A stretch of 64,000 bases of DNA. Source: Eledone cirrhosa (lineage: Eukaryota). The stretch covers positions 239,568,001-239,632,000 of the forward strand of contig OZ024742.1 of the NCBI GenBank assembly GCA_964016885.1, given 5' to 3'. Under the pieces are notes generated by a model that made no database searches, had not been told where the DNA came from, and saw nothing but the letters and a program-made list of their open reading frames with translations. Shown here in pieces: positions 46,118-58,515 of the stretch. Made by a program: the position numbers and the translations under genes. Position 1 is the first letter of the stretch. Each line of letters begins with the position of its first letter.

Positions 46118-46479
46118 CTCTTTTCTTACTATATCAAGTGTAAAACTAATAATATATTTCTTCATTGTACTGAGTCGTTTGCTTTGTTATTTCTGTTTGC
46201 CTTTTGCATATATATATATAGAGAGAGAGATAGATAGATATATTTCTTTATTAGCCACAGGGGCACAAAAGAAGGGGACAAATACAAAGGGGGAAGTTTA
46301 CATACAATAAAAACGTGTAAAATGTTATCACAGATGGAATTTAAAAGTTAGTCGATTTTCCCCAATAGAGGGAGACAGTTTATATGGGTAACACAGACCC
46401 CCGAAAAAAATGTGCAACCCTCATCTCCAGGAGTACGAAGAGCTTGTACTCCCTTCCTCTCCTCCTCCTTTTCCTCAAC

Positions 46480-49400
46480 CTACAGGCTGATATAGAGAGA
46501 AGGCCCATTCACTCGGGCCATTCTCGCCACTTTCACCCACCTTTCATAAAACTTGCTGGGGTACAGCACCTCTCTCTCCATCCTGATTCTTCTTCCAAAG
46601 TGGTATTTGAAAAAAAGAATCAGTTGTTGGCCGGAGAGAAAGGTGTCTGACCTCAGCCCTTTCAACCTTGTCCACCATACAACCTCTTTCGCCATAGCTA
46701 TCACACAAAGGAAAACCGCCTCTCCTTCGTTTTTGAAGGAGGGTGGCGGTTTGATCATGACAATGGACTCGGTGGTCAACTGGATTGGTCCCACCCGCGA
46801 CAATAGTCGTTCCACATAGCCCCACAGGTCAGTGACGCCCGGGCAGTGTATGAATGCGTGCGCGACGGTTTCTTCGTCTCGCACGCACCTCGGACAGATC
46901 TTTTTTGCAGGGTCCCTGCCCGGGCGCCCATGTCTGTAGAGCTTGTCTCGAACTGGTAGAGCTCCTCGGTAGCACTGCCAGGCCAGGGACTTTTGGAAGT
47001 TGTCCATCGGTCCCGGGCGGAAGGTCCTACCGAACAGACTGGCCAGTTCATCTTCCTCCACGCCTAGAGTTTCACCGAGCGCGTCGTCGCACTTGCTGCG
47101 GACCAACCCTCTATAGAATGACGAAGTGGAGTCTCCACTGATCGCCGGGTCCGCCTGCCAGAGGGCTGTGAGCGCCTGAGCACATTCGATGTGCCAGTCG
47201 CCCATTTTCCTCGGTCTCTGCTTGACCCAGGACTGCAGCTCGGTCAGCGAGACGAGTCGTGGGAAGGCTCGCCTCACGAACGGGGCCCACACCGGTTGTC
47301 CGGTGAGGAATACGTAGAGATGCCGCAGCCTGAGCGCGTGTTTGCGCATCGTCAACCACGGCATCCCCAGCCCTCCGTTAGAAGGGTGTTGGCAGCAGAT
47401 GGATCTTCTTACCAAAGGAGCCCGCCTCTTCCAAAGGAATCGGAAGAGGGCGCGCTCCATTTTGGCGAGCGTTTTGGCTGGACAAGGCACGACGGTCAAG
47501 CGGTAGTAGATGGCGGACGCTATAAAAGTGTTCGCCACCTCCGCTCGACCTTTCAAGGATAGTTTGCACTCGGCCCACTTCTGGGTGAGTGCAAACACCT
47601 TGGCCGTCACTTCGTTCCAGTTCTTCTCCACCTGGAGGTCCGGACCAAACCAGACCCCGAGCAGCTTTACCGGTCCTTCCGTCCAGCGTCCGACGACGCC
47701 ATCGGAAGGCATCGGTCTGCCTCTCCACAATCCGAGTTGCAAACCGATGGACTTGTCCCGGTTCAGCTTCGCTCCTGTGAGACTTTCGTATTCCTTTAGT
47801 AAGGTGCCGACTTCCTCGATTTGCGAGGCGCTCGACACCATTACTGTCACGTCGTCGGCGTAGGCCGACGCCGCTTTCCGCAGTCCCGGTTCCAGAGGGA
47901 TGCCCTGCAATAGCTCCAGCTTCCGCAGTAGTGGCTCGAGAGTCAGTACGTACAGAAGGGAGGAGAGAGGGCATCCCTGTCGAATGGATCGCGTAATATG
48001 GAACGGCTCCGAGAGGTAACCGTTCACCTTGACCCTTGAGCAGATGTTGCTGTTGTGCATTGCAGCAATCCAGCCCCTGAACACGGGTCCGAAGCCTGCC
48101 GCCTCGAGCACCGCATCCAGGTAACGATGGTCAACCCTATCGAAAGCCTTAGACTGATCCAAGTTGATCAGGGCCCCACCGAAGCCGGGTTTACACCCTA
48201 CCCTCTCTATGATGTATCGCATGAGGTGGAGGTTGTCGTGTATGGACCTGGTCGGGATCGCGCATGTCTGCGCTTCTCCCACCAGGTTCTCGACGACAAG
48301 CGCCAGCCTCTTTGCCAACACCTTGGCCAAAATCTGTAACTCTGTGTTTAGCAGAGTTATGGGCCGGAAGTTGCCTATGTCATCCCCCTTATTCTCGTCC
48401 TTCCTGATTAGTGTGACCACGCCCCCGGTTACAGAATTGGGAATTCTCCCGTTCTGTTGCCAGTTGCAGTAGACCGCTTCCAGGAGACCGGAGAATAAGT
48501 CCGGCATTGCTACGTAAAATTCGTAGGGTAGACCGTCGAGACCTGGAGATTTGCGTTTGCCGCATTGGCTCAGCGCGTCCCCTATCTCAGTGGCTGAAAT
48601 CGGCTTTTCGCAGAACTTCGCCTCGCTGTCCGAGAGTCGCGGTAGGCCGTCGAGGTATGGACCGAAATCCATAGCCTCTCCCGGCGCGCCGCTCCCCCCG
48701 AACAGCCGAGCAAAGTGCCGCTGAAAAGCCGCACACATCTGCTTCGGCTCACGTATCACGCGTCCGTTTTGGTCCTTCAAAGACCGAATCGTGGACTTGT
48801 TGCCACTTTTTGCCTCCGTCACTCGGGCCCAGCCAACAGCTTTGGCTCCCTCGTTTCCCAGAGCACGTATTTTGCTTCTGACAACGCAGCCCTCGTGCTT
48901 TGCGTCGAAGAACTGGTCCAAGGCCGTTCTCGTTGCTAGCACGCTGGCTACGTTGCCACTTCTAATAGCCTCTTCTACTTTATCTACCAGTTCCTTCTCG
49001 GTTCTATTTCTATCTAACGCTAATTCTTTACTAAAAACTATCGAGTCTAATCTAACTGCCCTCTTGAGAGAGTACCACCATCTGTTGTTGACAATGGCCC
49101 CTGTCAAGTGCTGTTTAACTAAAGTGCTAATCCGTCTACTGTAGGCTTTGCTTGTCGGTAACGACAAGTTCAGCTTCCAGTAGCCGGGTCCTTGTCTATG
49201 GGTTCTATCAAGGTTGGCCATGCAGGTCACTAGTTTGTGATCTGAATAGGCAACCATGAACATTTGTGGACAGCTTAACATGTCCCTATCCTTATTTCTA
49301 ACTAGAACCCTATCTAGGTACGATCTAGATGTTCCGCTACGATTACTCCACGTCCACAGTGGCGCAGTCGGAAAATCTAGTCGATATCTATCGGCCAGGT

Positions 49401-49917
49401 CAAATCGGTCGATTAACTGTTTGAGGCTGTTACACCCCCCTTTATCGGGACATGCTCCCACATAGTCCCAACGTGCATCTAGGATTCCATTCCAGTCCCC
49501 CACTAAAAGCAAGGAGCGGGACGTTCCCAGAAAAGTCTCTAGACGTTTGAAGAAGTCTGGCCGCGGTGTCCCGGATGGGGCATATGCGGCCACCAGCCTG
49601 AACGCTCCACCTTCACTACCGTCAACGTCTAGGACCACCAGTCGACCCTCCGGGTCCAGATGTACCGTCTGTGTTACGAGGCCCAGGTGTTTCCGCAGCA
49701 AAACGGCAACTCCGCCCCCACCCCCCGGTTGACAGAGAGATGCGTAGATCTCAAAGTCATCGAAGATGGGGGCCAGCTGTCGCTCGCCGTGGATCCTGGA
49801 CTCGCAAATGGCTACCACATCCAAACTGTGCGACCTGAGGTCGTTTAAGAGTTTGCCCTGTTTCCAGGGCATCCCCAGGCCGCGTACGTTCACACATCCA
49901 ACTCTTATATTGGCCAT
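46480..49917 (-). CDS. LINE ORF2p: AP-like endonuclease, reverse transcriptase, C-terminal CCHC zinc domain (Tx1-type), 1145 aa
   Basis: CVNVRGL, LVGDWN, SYLDR, SDH; KSPGLDG, FRPITLLN, LDQSKAFDRV, RQGCPLS, YADD; CPRC..ETVAHAFIHC. Confidence 0.97.
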   Translation of the reverse strand: MANIRVGCVNVRGLGMPWKQGKLLNDLRSHSLDVVAICESRIHGERQLAPIFDDFEIYASLCQPGGGGGVAVLLRKHLGLVTQTVHLDPEGRLVVLDVDGSEGGAFRLVAAYAPSGTPRPDFFKRLETFLGTSRSLLLVGDWNGILDARWDYVGACPDKGGCNSLKQLIDRFDLADRYRLDFPTAPLWTWSNRSGTSRSYLDRVLVRNKDRDMLSCPQMFMVAYSDHKLVTCMANLDRTHRQGPGYWKLNLSLPTSKAYSRRISTLVKQHLTGAIVNNRWWYSLKRAVRLDSIVFSKELALDRNRTEKELVDKVEEAIRSGNVASVLATRTALDQFFDAKHEGCVVRSKIRALGNEGAKAVGWARVTEAKSGNKSTIRSLKDQNGRVIREPKQMCAAFQRHFARLFGGSGAPGEAMDFGPYLDGLPRLSDSEAKFCEKPISATEIGDALSQCGKRKSPGLDGLPYEFYVAMPDLFSGLLEAVYCNWQQNGRIPNSVTGGVVTLIRKDENKGDDIGNFRPITLLNTELQILAKVLAKRLALVVENLVGEAQTCAIPTRSIHDNLHLMRYIIERVGCKPGFGGALINLDQSKAFDRVDHRYLDAVLEAAGFGPVFRGWIAAMHNSNICSRVKVNGYLSEPFHITRSIRQGCPLSSLLYVLTLEPLLRKLELLQGIPLEPGLRKAASAYADDVTVMVSSASQIEEVGTLLKEYESLTGAKLNRDKSIGLQLGLWRGRPMPSDGVVGRWTEGPVKLLGVWFGPDLQVEKNWNEVTAKVFALTQKWAECKLSLKGRAEVANTFIASAIYYRLTVVPCPAKTLAKMERALFRFLWKRRAPLVRRSICCQHPSNGGLGMPWLTMRKHALRLRHLYVFLTGQPVWAPFVRRAFPRLVSLTELQSWVKQRPRKMGDWHIECAQALTALWQADPAISGDSTSSFYRGLVRSKCDDALGETLGVEEDELASLFGRTFRPGPMDNFQKSLAWQCYRGALPVRDKLYRHGRPGRDPAKKICPRCVRDEETVAHAFIHCPGVTDLWGYVERLLSRVGPIQLTTESIVMIKPPPSFKNEGEAVFLCVIAMAKEVVWWTRLKGLRSDTFLSGQQLILFFKYHFGRRIRMEREVLYPSKFYERWVKVARMARVNGPSLYISL

Positions 49918-49950
49918 GTTGGTGCTGAAAAGTTAAAAGAGGAAAAGAGA

Positions 49951-51855
49951 TCACTCACCCTTCGCCTCCTGGGGACCAGGCCGCACGATTTCCATGGGGG
50001 TGTTGGAGGGGTTGTCTGGATGGGTGGTGGTTTCCGGCGGGGTGGGGACGCAGATGTTTGGTGGGGTGGGGTCTGGTGGAATGGGGGTGTCTGGGGTGGG
50101 GAGGCATTTGAGAAGGACGCGGTTGAGTGGTTTCACGCAGGAATTCCCCACATCCTTCTCAAATGTTTCTTTTAGGGACCTATAAGTTTGTATAGGGACC
50201 CTAATCAGTTTTAGGTTCATTTTTTTGCTATTTTTTATAGAGTGGGCGAAAGTTTTCCCTTCGGTGAAAACCGAAGGGTCGTTCGTAATGGTCTCCATTA
50301 GTGTTTTGTTTTCAGTGTTTATGTAAGTGTAAGTGTAATTTTCTTGTGTTGTGTTTGTTTTTGTCTGTAGTTCTTGTGTGTGCTTTCGTTTTGTTGTAGG
50401 TATTTTGTTTTCAGGAGGTGGGGGTTTTGTTTGTGATATTTTTGTTGTTTGTGTTGGTGGTTGTATGTTTGTGGTAGTGTTTGCTGGTTTTTTGCTTTTG
50501 TGATGTCTTTTCTTTCTTTTCGAGCGATGGGGTTCTCCCTCGTCTTCACTGGGTGATGGCGAGATAGCCTCATCTGTTGTATCGTCTGTGTGATTGGGGA
50601 GGGGTATGTCTTGGGGAGCTGTTGTGTCTGTATGTGATTTTGCAGTGGTTTTAGGTGGAGTGAGGTTGGGTGGGACTGTGTTTGTTGTGGTTATTTTTGT
50701 GTGTTGGTGTTGTTGTTGTAGTGGTGGTGTTGGTGGTTGTGTTGTTTTGATGGGTGTTGGCAGAAGAGCCTTTTTTTGGTTCATTAGTTTAGGACAGGAA
50801 GCCCTCAGGTGACCCCTGCTAAAGCAATGGTAACATGAAGGCCGCCTACCCTCAACCGAAAGGTTTATGTAGGTAAGTCCGTCCAGGAGTACACGCTGTG
50901 GGATCATAGCTATTCGCTCTGGGCTCATTTGCACCAGAACTTCAATGCTAGTCCCATTGAATACATCTCTGGGGGACTTGCCTACTGACAGTATTCTGTC
51001 TTCATCAAAATTGATGAAGCCGCACAGTATCCACCATATGTTCACCTTTGGTGTGACACTTGTGATTCTGATCTTTTGTGTCCTTTTTCCCATGTATGTA
51101 GGGAAAAAGGTGTACAGGTTGGATACAATTGGCGACACAGAGTAATTTTGGGCCGTCAATTGATCCTTCATCAGTACCGAAATACTCCCAAAAAGTTTGC
51201 TTCTTTGAATGAATGCAATATCATTCATTGAATCTTTGAAAACCAGTTCAATATCTTTCTGTGACAATTGGACTGGTTTTCGGGTAGAATTGGAAACTGT
51301 CCTAAAAACTATCGTTTTGAGAGCAGTTTCCTTGCGAATTTCTACCGGAGAATTGATGCTGAAAGCACCATTTTTTTCGAAGGTGACATATCTCTTAGCG
51401 TCCTTTAAAAGGTGTTCAGCATTTGTTATGTCGAGATATATCAATTGTTCTTTCTTTTGAACTTTCTCCGCAAAGGAGATTTTTGGTTTCTTTGTGGAAT
51501 CCGTATTGGTGGTGTTGTCATTATTGTTGTTATTCTTGTTGTCACCGATGTTGGTATCATCCGTATTTTCCTTGGTGTTGTTGTTGTCTTTGATGCTGGT
51601 GTTATTGGCGTTGTCTTTATTTTTTTCTTTGTTGTTGTTATCATTGTTGCTTTTATCATCATTATTGGTTTTGCTGTTATTTTTGTTGTCATTGAGCTGT
51701 TTGGTGTCATTTGTGTTGTTTGGATGTGAATTCGTTTTTTTATTTTCATTTTGTCTTTCCATCTCTATAGTATCTAGTGAAGAAGACGTTGTTGACTGCG
51801 AGCTTTGTAGTCTTACCGCCTCTCCACCACCATTATCGTTGGACGCAGCGTTCAT
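49951..51855 (-). CDS. LINE ORF1p (gag-like nucleic-acid-binding protein), 634 aa
   Basis: Immediately upstream of ORF2; SFAEKV motif; zinc knuckle CYHCFSRGHLRASC; Asn-rich N-terminus, Pro/Thr-rich C-terminus. Confidence 0.9.
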   Translation of the reverse strand: MNAASNDNGGGEAVRLQSSQSTTSSSLDTIEMERQNENKKTNSHPNNTNDTKQLNDNKNNSKTNNDDKSNNDNNNKEKNKDNANNTSIKDNNNTKENTDDTNIGDNKNNNNNDNTTNTDSTKKPKISFAEKVQKKEQLIYLDITNAEHLLKDAKRYVTFEKNGAFSINSPVEIRKETALKTIVFRTVSNSTRKPVQLSQKDIELVFKDSMNDIAFIQRSKLFGSISVLMKDQLTAQNYSVSPIVSNLYTFFPTYMGKRTQKIRITSVTPKVNIWWILCGFINFDEDRILSVGKSPRDVFNGTSIEVLVQMSPERIAMIPQRVLLDGLTYINLSVEGRRPSCYHCFSRGHLRASCPKLMNQKKALLPTPIKTTQPPTPPLQQQHQHTKITTTNTVPPNLTPPKTTAKSHTDTTAPQDIPLPNHTDDTTDEAISPSPSEDEGEPHRSKRKKRHHKSKKPANTTTNIQPPTQTTKISQTKPPPPENKIPTTKRKHTQELQTKTNTTQENYTYTYINTENKTLMETITNDPSVFTEGKTFAHSIKNSKKMNLKLIRVPIQTYRSLKETFEKDVGNSCVKPLNRVLLKCLPTPDTPIPPDPTPPNICVPTPPETTTHPDNPSNTPMEIVRPGPQEAKGE

Positions 51856-52083
51856 AACGTAATCAAAATTTTACAATATTTTTTCCAAGATTCGATGGAG
51901 AAAAATTTTTTAAATGGATATTCCGCCCCTGAAGGGGCGAAAATGAGTTGACCCACCACCTGAAGGTCCAGACGGGTGGTCAAGTTACACAATGATATAA
52001 AATTGAACTAAAAACTCACGTTTTTTCCTTACATAAATTAACGGAAACTTCTCCGCGAAGTGACACACGACTGATAGAGAGAG

Positions 52084-52120
<37 letters not shown>

Positions 52121-52122
<2 letters not shown>

Positions 52123-55100
52123 TTTCTATTTATTTGCCACCAGGGCATCAAAGATTGGGACAAATACAAGGGGGGGGGGTTACATACATTTCAAAAGACG
52201 TGTAAAAAAACATATAATAAATTAAATTAAATTTAACAATCGAAGTCCTCAATAGTTGACGCACACACCCTCGAAAAAATGTGCAACCCTCCTCTTCAGG
52301 AGCACAAAGAGCGGGTGCTCCCTTCCTCTCCTTCTTCTCTCTCACCTACAGGCTGATATAGAGAGAAGGCCCATTCACTCGGGCCATTTTCGCCACTTTC
52401 ATAAAACTTGCTGTGGTAGAGCACCTCTGATCCTTCTTCTAAAGTGGTACTTGAAAAAAAGGACCAGTTGTTGGCCGGAGAGAAAAGTGTCTGACCTCAG
52501 CCCTTTCAACCTCGCCACTATACAACCTCTTTCGCCATAGCTATCACACAGAGGAAAACCGCCTCTCCTTCGTTTTTGAAGGTGGGAGGCGGTTTGATCG
52601 TGACAATGTACTCGGTGGTCAACCCGATTGGTCCCACCCGCGACAGTAGTCGTTCCACATAGCCCCACAGGTCAGCAACGCCCGGGCAGTGTACGAATGT
52701 GTGTGCGACGGTTTCCTCATCACGCACGCATCTCGGACAGATCTTCTTCGAAGGGTCCCTACCCGGGCGCCCGTGTCTGTAGAGCTTGTCCCGAACGGGT
52801 ACCGTTCCTCGGTAGCACTGCCAAGCCAGGGACTTTTGGAAGTTGTCCATCGGTCCCAGGTCAAACGTCCTACCGAACAGACTGGCTAGCTCGTCTTCCT
52901 CCATGCCCAGAGCCTCTCCGAGAGCGTCGTCGCACTTGCTGCGCACCAACCCTCTATAGAATGTTGAGGTTGAGTCTCCACTGATTGCCGGATCCGCTTG
53001 CCAGAGGGCCGTGAGCGTCTGGGCACATTCAATGTGCCAGTCGCCCACTTTTCTCGGTCTTTGCTTGACCCAGGATTGCAGCTCGGTGAGTGAGACGAGT
53101 CTCGGAAAGGCTCGCCTCACAAATGGGGCCCACACCGGCTGACCGGTGAGGAATACCTGGAGGTGCCGTAGCCTTAATGCGTGTCTACGCATCGTCAGCC
53201 ACGGCATCCCCAGCCCTCCGTTCGAAGGGTGTTGACAGCAGATGGATCTTCTCACCAAAGCAGCCTGCTTCTTCCAAAGGAATCGGAAGAGCGCGCGCTT
53301 CATTTTGGCGAGCGTTTTTGCTGGGCAAGGCACGACGGTCAAGTGGTAGTAGATGACGGACGCTATATAAGTGTTCGCCACCTCCGCTCAACCTTTCAGG
53401 GATAGTTTGCACTCGGCCCACTTCTGGGCGAGTGCAAACACCCTGCCCGTTACCTCGTCCCAGTTTTTCTCCACCTGGAGATCCGGTCCAAACCAGACCC
53501 CGAGCAGCTTCACCGGTCCCTCCATCTAGCGTCCATCCATTTTCCTCTCCACGTTCCGAGTTGCAAACCGACGGACTTGTCCCGGTTCAGCTTGGCTCCT
53601 GTAAACCTTTTGTATTCCTCCAGTAAGGTGCCGATCTGCCCGATTTCTGAGGCGCACGACACCATTACTGTCACGTCATCGGCGTAGGCCGACACCGCTT
53701 TCCACAATCCTGGTTCCAAGGTGATGCCCTGCAACAGCTCCAACTTCCGCAATAGTGGCTCGAGAGTCAGCACATACAGAAGGGAGGAGAGAGGGCATCC
53801 CTGTCGGATGAGGTAGCCGTTCACCTTGACCCTCGAGCGGGTGTTGCTGCTGTGCATTGCAGCAATCCAGCCCCTGAAAACGGGTCCGATGCCTGCCGCC
53901 GCGAGTACCGCATCCAGGTACTGATGGTCGACCCTATCGAACGCCTTAGATTGATCCAAGTTGATCAGGTCCCCACCAAAGCCGGGTTCGTTCTCTTCCC
54001 TCTCTACGATGTATCGCATGAGGTGGAGGTTGTCGTGTATGGACCTGGACGGGATTGCGAATGTCTGCGCTTCTCCCACCAGGTTCCCGACGACAAGCGC
54101 CAACCTCTTCTCTAACACCTTGGCCAAAATCTTTAATTCTGTGTTTAGCAGAGTTATGGGCCTGAAGTTATCTATGTCATCCCCCTTGTTCTCGTCCTTC
54201 CTCACCAGCGTGACTACGCCCTTGGTCACAGAACTGGGAATTCTGCCTCAAGGAGACTGGAGAACAAGTCAGGCATCGCTACATAAAGTTCGTATGGTAG
54301 ACCATCGAGACCCGGAGATTTGCGTTTGCCGCATTGGCTCAGCGCTTCCCCTATTTCAGCGACTGAAATCGGCCTTTCGCAGGACTTCGCCTCCCCGTCC
54401 GAGAGCCACGGCAGACCGTCAAGGTATGAACCGAAATCCATGGCCTCACCCGGCCCGCCGCCCCTCCTGAACAGTCGTGCAAAGCGCCGTTGAAAGGCCG
54501 CGCACATCCGCTCAGGTTCAAGGATCACGCGTTCATTCTGGTCCTTCAAAGACCGAATTGTGCACTTGTTTCCACTTTTTGCCTCTGTCACTCGGGCCCA
54601 GCTAACAGCTTTGGCTCCCTCGTTACCCAGAGCACGTATTTTACTCCTGACAACGCAGCCCTCGTGCTTCGCGTCAAAGAACTGGTCTAGGGCCGTTCTT
54701 GACGCCAGCACGCCGGCCACGTTGCCACGCCTAATCGCCTCTTCTACTCTATCTATCAATTTCCTTTCAGTTCTATTCCTATCTGATGTTAATTCCTGAC
54801 TAAAACCTATCGATTCTATTCTAATTTCTCTCTTGAGAGAGCCCCACCACCTGCTGTTGACAATTTCCCCCGTCAACCGCTGCTTAACTAGAGTGCTAAT
54901 CCGCTTACTGTAAGCTTTGTTTGTCGGTAAGGACAAGTTTAGCTTCCAGTAACCAGGTCCTTGTCTATGGGTTCTATCAAGGTTGACCACTCCGGTCACC
55001 AACTTGTGATCTGAATAGTCAACCATGAACATTCGTGGACAGCTTAATATGTCCCTATCCTTATTTCTAACTAGGAACCTATCTAGGTACGACCTAGATG

Positions 55101-57494
55101 TTCCGCTGCGATTAGTCCACGTCCACAGTGGCACAGTCGGAAAATCTAGTCGATATCTATCAGCCAGATCAAATCGGCCTATTAACCGTTTGAGGCTGTT
55201 ACACCCCCCTCTATCGGGACATGCCCCTACATAGGATACCATTCCAGTCCCCCACTAAAAGCAAGGAGCGAGACGTTCCCAGAAAAGTCTCTAGGTGTCG
55301 GAAGAAGTCCGGTCGCGGTGTCCCAGATGGGGCATACACTGCCACCAGCCTGAAGGTTCCACCTTCACTACTGCCGACGTCTAGAACCACCAGTCGACCC
55401 TCCGGGTCCAGGTGTACCTTCTGTGTGACAAGACCCAGGTGTTTTCGCAGTAGAACGACAACCCCACCCCCACCCCCGGCTGACAGAGAGATGCGTAGAT
55501 CTCAAAGTCGTCGAAGATGGGAAAGGAAATTACGAAATTACGAAGAGGAAAGGAAATTACTTACCTCTTCGTCTCCTGGGGGACCAGGCTGCACAATTTC
55601 CATGGGGATGTTGGAAGGGTTGTTTGGTGGGGTGGTGGTTTGTGGTGGGGTGAGGACATCAGTGTGTGGTGGGGTTGGGGTGTTTGGTGGGGCGTGGGTG
55701 TCTGGGGTGGGGGTGGGGAAACATTTCAATAGGACGCGGTTAAATGGTTTGGTGCAGGGGGGCCCCACATCCATTGGATGGTTCTTTTTCAGTGTTATAT
55801 AGGTATCCATTGGGACCCTAATCATCTTTAGGTGCGGTTTGCCCGCTGCGTAGGTGAAAGTGATCCCTTCGGTTTCCACCGAAGGGTTATTGTCTATTGC
55901 TTTCATCAAAGTTTTATTGTTCTTGTTAATGTATGTATAGTGTTTTTGTTGTGTTTGCGATTTGTAGTATGTGTTATGTTTTCGGGAGGGGTGGGTTTTT
56001 TTGTTTGTGATGTTTGTTCTGTTTGTGCTGGTGGTTGTGTGTTTGTTGCATTTTTGTTAATGTGGTGCCTTCTTTTTTTCCTTTTCACCTGTTGGAAGGG
56101 TTCTCCCTCGTCGTCACTGGGTGACGTTGATACGGAGTCCGCTTCCGTGTTGTTGGGGAGGGGTATATTTTGGGGTTTTTTTGTGGTTGTTTTTGTATTT
56201 GTTTTAGGTGGGTAGGAGTTGGGTGGGACAGTGTCTTGTGTTGTAATTTTTCCGTGTTGTTGTGGTTGTTGTTGTGGTGGTGGTGGTTGTTGTGTTGTGT
56301 TCGGGGTTGGCAGAAGAGCCTTTTTTTTAATCGTTAATTGAGGACAGGCAGCCCTCAGGTGACCCCTGCTTAAGCAGTGGTAACATGACGGCCGCCTACC
56401 CTCCACTGAAATGTTTATATAGGTTAGCCCGTCCAGAGGCACGCGTTGTGGGATATTAGCTATTCGTCCTGGACTCATTTGCACCAGAACTTCTACGCTA
56501 GTCCCACTAAGGACTTTCCTACTGAGATTATCCTGTCTTCATCATAATCAATGAATCCACATAGTATCCACCAAATATTTACATTTGGTGTGATACTCAT
56601 AATTTTTATTTTTTGTGTCCTTTTTCCCCTGTATGTGGGGGAAAAGGTGAAACAGGGGGGACACAATGGGTGATATAGCGTATTTTTGTGCCGTTGGCTG
56701 GTCATTCATTAGCACCGAAATGCTACCAAACAGTTTTCCTCTTTGGATGAAGGTTATGTCCTTCATTGCATCTTTTAGAACCACCTCAATTTGATTTTGT
56801 GATAATTGAGATAGTTTTCTAGTTTCGTAGAGAAACTGTGGTTTTCAGTACAGCCTCTCTACGTAATACCTGTGGAGAATTGATGCTAAAAGCACCGTTT
56901 TGTCCAAAAGTCACGTATTGTTTTGCGTCTTGTAGTAGTTGTTTTGCATTAGTTATGTCAATTGGCGTGTATAGTTCTGTTTTTTTTACAGTTTGTGCGA
57001 ATGTTGTTTTGGTGTTGTTGTCTTTCTTGTTACTGTTGTTGTTGTCACTGTTGTTGATGTTGTTCATATTTTCCTTGGTGTTGTTGTTGTTGCAGTTGTT
57101 GGTTGTGGTGTTATTGTCATTGTTCTTGTTGCTGGTATTATTTACCGGGTTTGGTTCTGTGGTTGCAATATTTACAACGTTTTTCGATAAGGCGAAGGGA
57201 GAAAGCTGCAAGCTTTGTACTCCTACCTCCCTCCACCACTTTTCTTAGTGGGCGTGGCACTCACTACAGTGTGCGAGGTTGAAATGGCATCCATTATTGA
57301 CTACCAAGTCTACACAGATTTTGAGATGAAAATTTCGCCCCAAAAAGGGAGAAAATTAGTTAACTCAACGTCTGAAGGCCCAGACAAGGGGTTAAACTAA
57401 ACAATACTAACAAATTGAACAATGAACTCACAGTTTTTTTAACAATAATCCGTAAAAAATCCGGAGCGAAGTAATGCACGTCTATCAACCACGA
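52121..57494 (-). mobile_element. Near full-length degenerate Tx1 LINE (copy 2)
   Basis: Paralogous ORF1 and ORF2 broken by frameshifts and deletions, including loss of the ORF2 start near 55520; bounded by (GATA)n. Confidence 0.93.
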
Positions 57495-57507
57495 AGATAG
57501 ATAGATA

Positions 57508-58515
57508 AATTTCTTTATTAGCCACAAGGGCACAAAAGAAGGGGACAAATACAAATGGGGAGTTTACATACAGGCATATGAAAATAAAACTATTAATACA
57601 ATAACAAATAACAATTGAAATCCCCAATAGGGGGAAGGTGTTACACAGGGGTTGTACACACCCCGACAAAATGTACAACCCTCTTCTCCAGGAGCACCAA
57701 GAGTGAGTACTCCCTTCCTCTCTTCCTCTTTTTCCTCAACCTACAGGCTTATATAGAGAGAAGGCCCAACAATTCGGGCCATCTTTGCCACATTCACCCA
57801 CCTTTTATAAAATTTGCTGGGGTACAGCACCTCTCTCTCCATCCTGATTCTTCTTCCAAAATGATATTTGAAAAAACGAATCAGTTGCTCGCCGGAGATA
57901 AAGGTGTCTGACCTCAGCTCTTTTAACCTCGTCCACCATATAACCTCTTTCACCATAGCCATAACACATAGGAAAATCGCCTCTCCCTCGTTTTTGAAGG
58001 AGGGTGGCAGTTTGATCATGACAATGGACTCGGTGGTCAACTGGATTGGTCCCACCCGCGACAATAGTCGTTCTACATAGCCCCACAGGTTGGTAACGCC
58101 CGGGCAGTGTACAAATGCGTGTGCGACGGTTTCCTCATCACGCACGCATTTCGGACAGATCTTTTTCGAAGGGTCCCTACCCGTGAACCCGTGTCTGTAG
58201 AGCTTGTCTCGAACTGGTAGAGCTCCTCGGTAGCACTGCCAGGCCAGGGACTTTTGGAAGTTGTCCATTGGTCCCGGGCGGAAGGTCCTACCAAACAGAC
58301 TGGCCAGTTCGTCCTCCTCTATGCCTAGAATTTCTCCGAGCGTGTCGTCGCACTTGTTGCGGACCAACTCTCTATAGAATGTCGAAGTGGAGTCTCCACT
58401 AATCGCCGGGTCCGTTTTCCAGAGGACTGTGAGAGCCTGAGCACATTTGATGTGCCAGTCGCCCATTTTCCTCGGTCTTTGCTTGCTTGACCCAGGACTG
58501 CAGCTGGGTCAGCGA
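57508..58515 (-). mobile_element. 5'-truncated Tx1 LINE (copy 3)
   Basis: ORF2 C-terminal 241 aa plus 3'UTR; (GATA)n on both sides. Confidence 0.93.

Larger units (their letters stand above)
46241..52073 (-). mobile_element. Full-length intact Tx1/L1-clade LINE (copy 1) with 23-bp TSD
   Basis: 5'UTR, ORF1, ORF2, 3'UTR with AATAAA; atagagagagagatagatagata at 46218-46240 and 52074-52096. Confidence 0.93.

Noticed and set aside
46384-55802. Numerous plus-strand and alternative-frame ORFs over the LINEs
   Set aside because: Antisense or shadow frames of GC-rich LINE coding sequence
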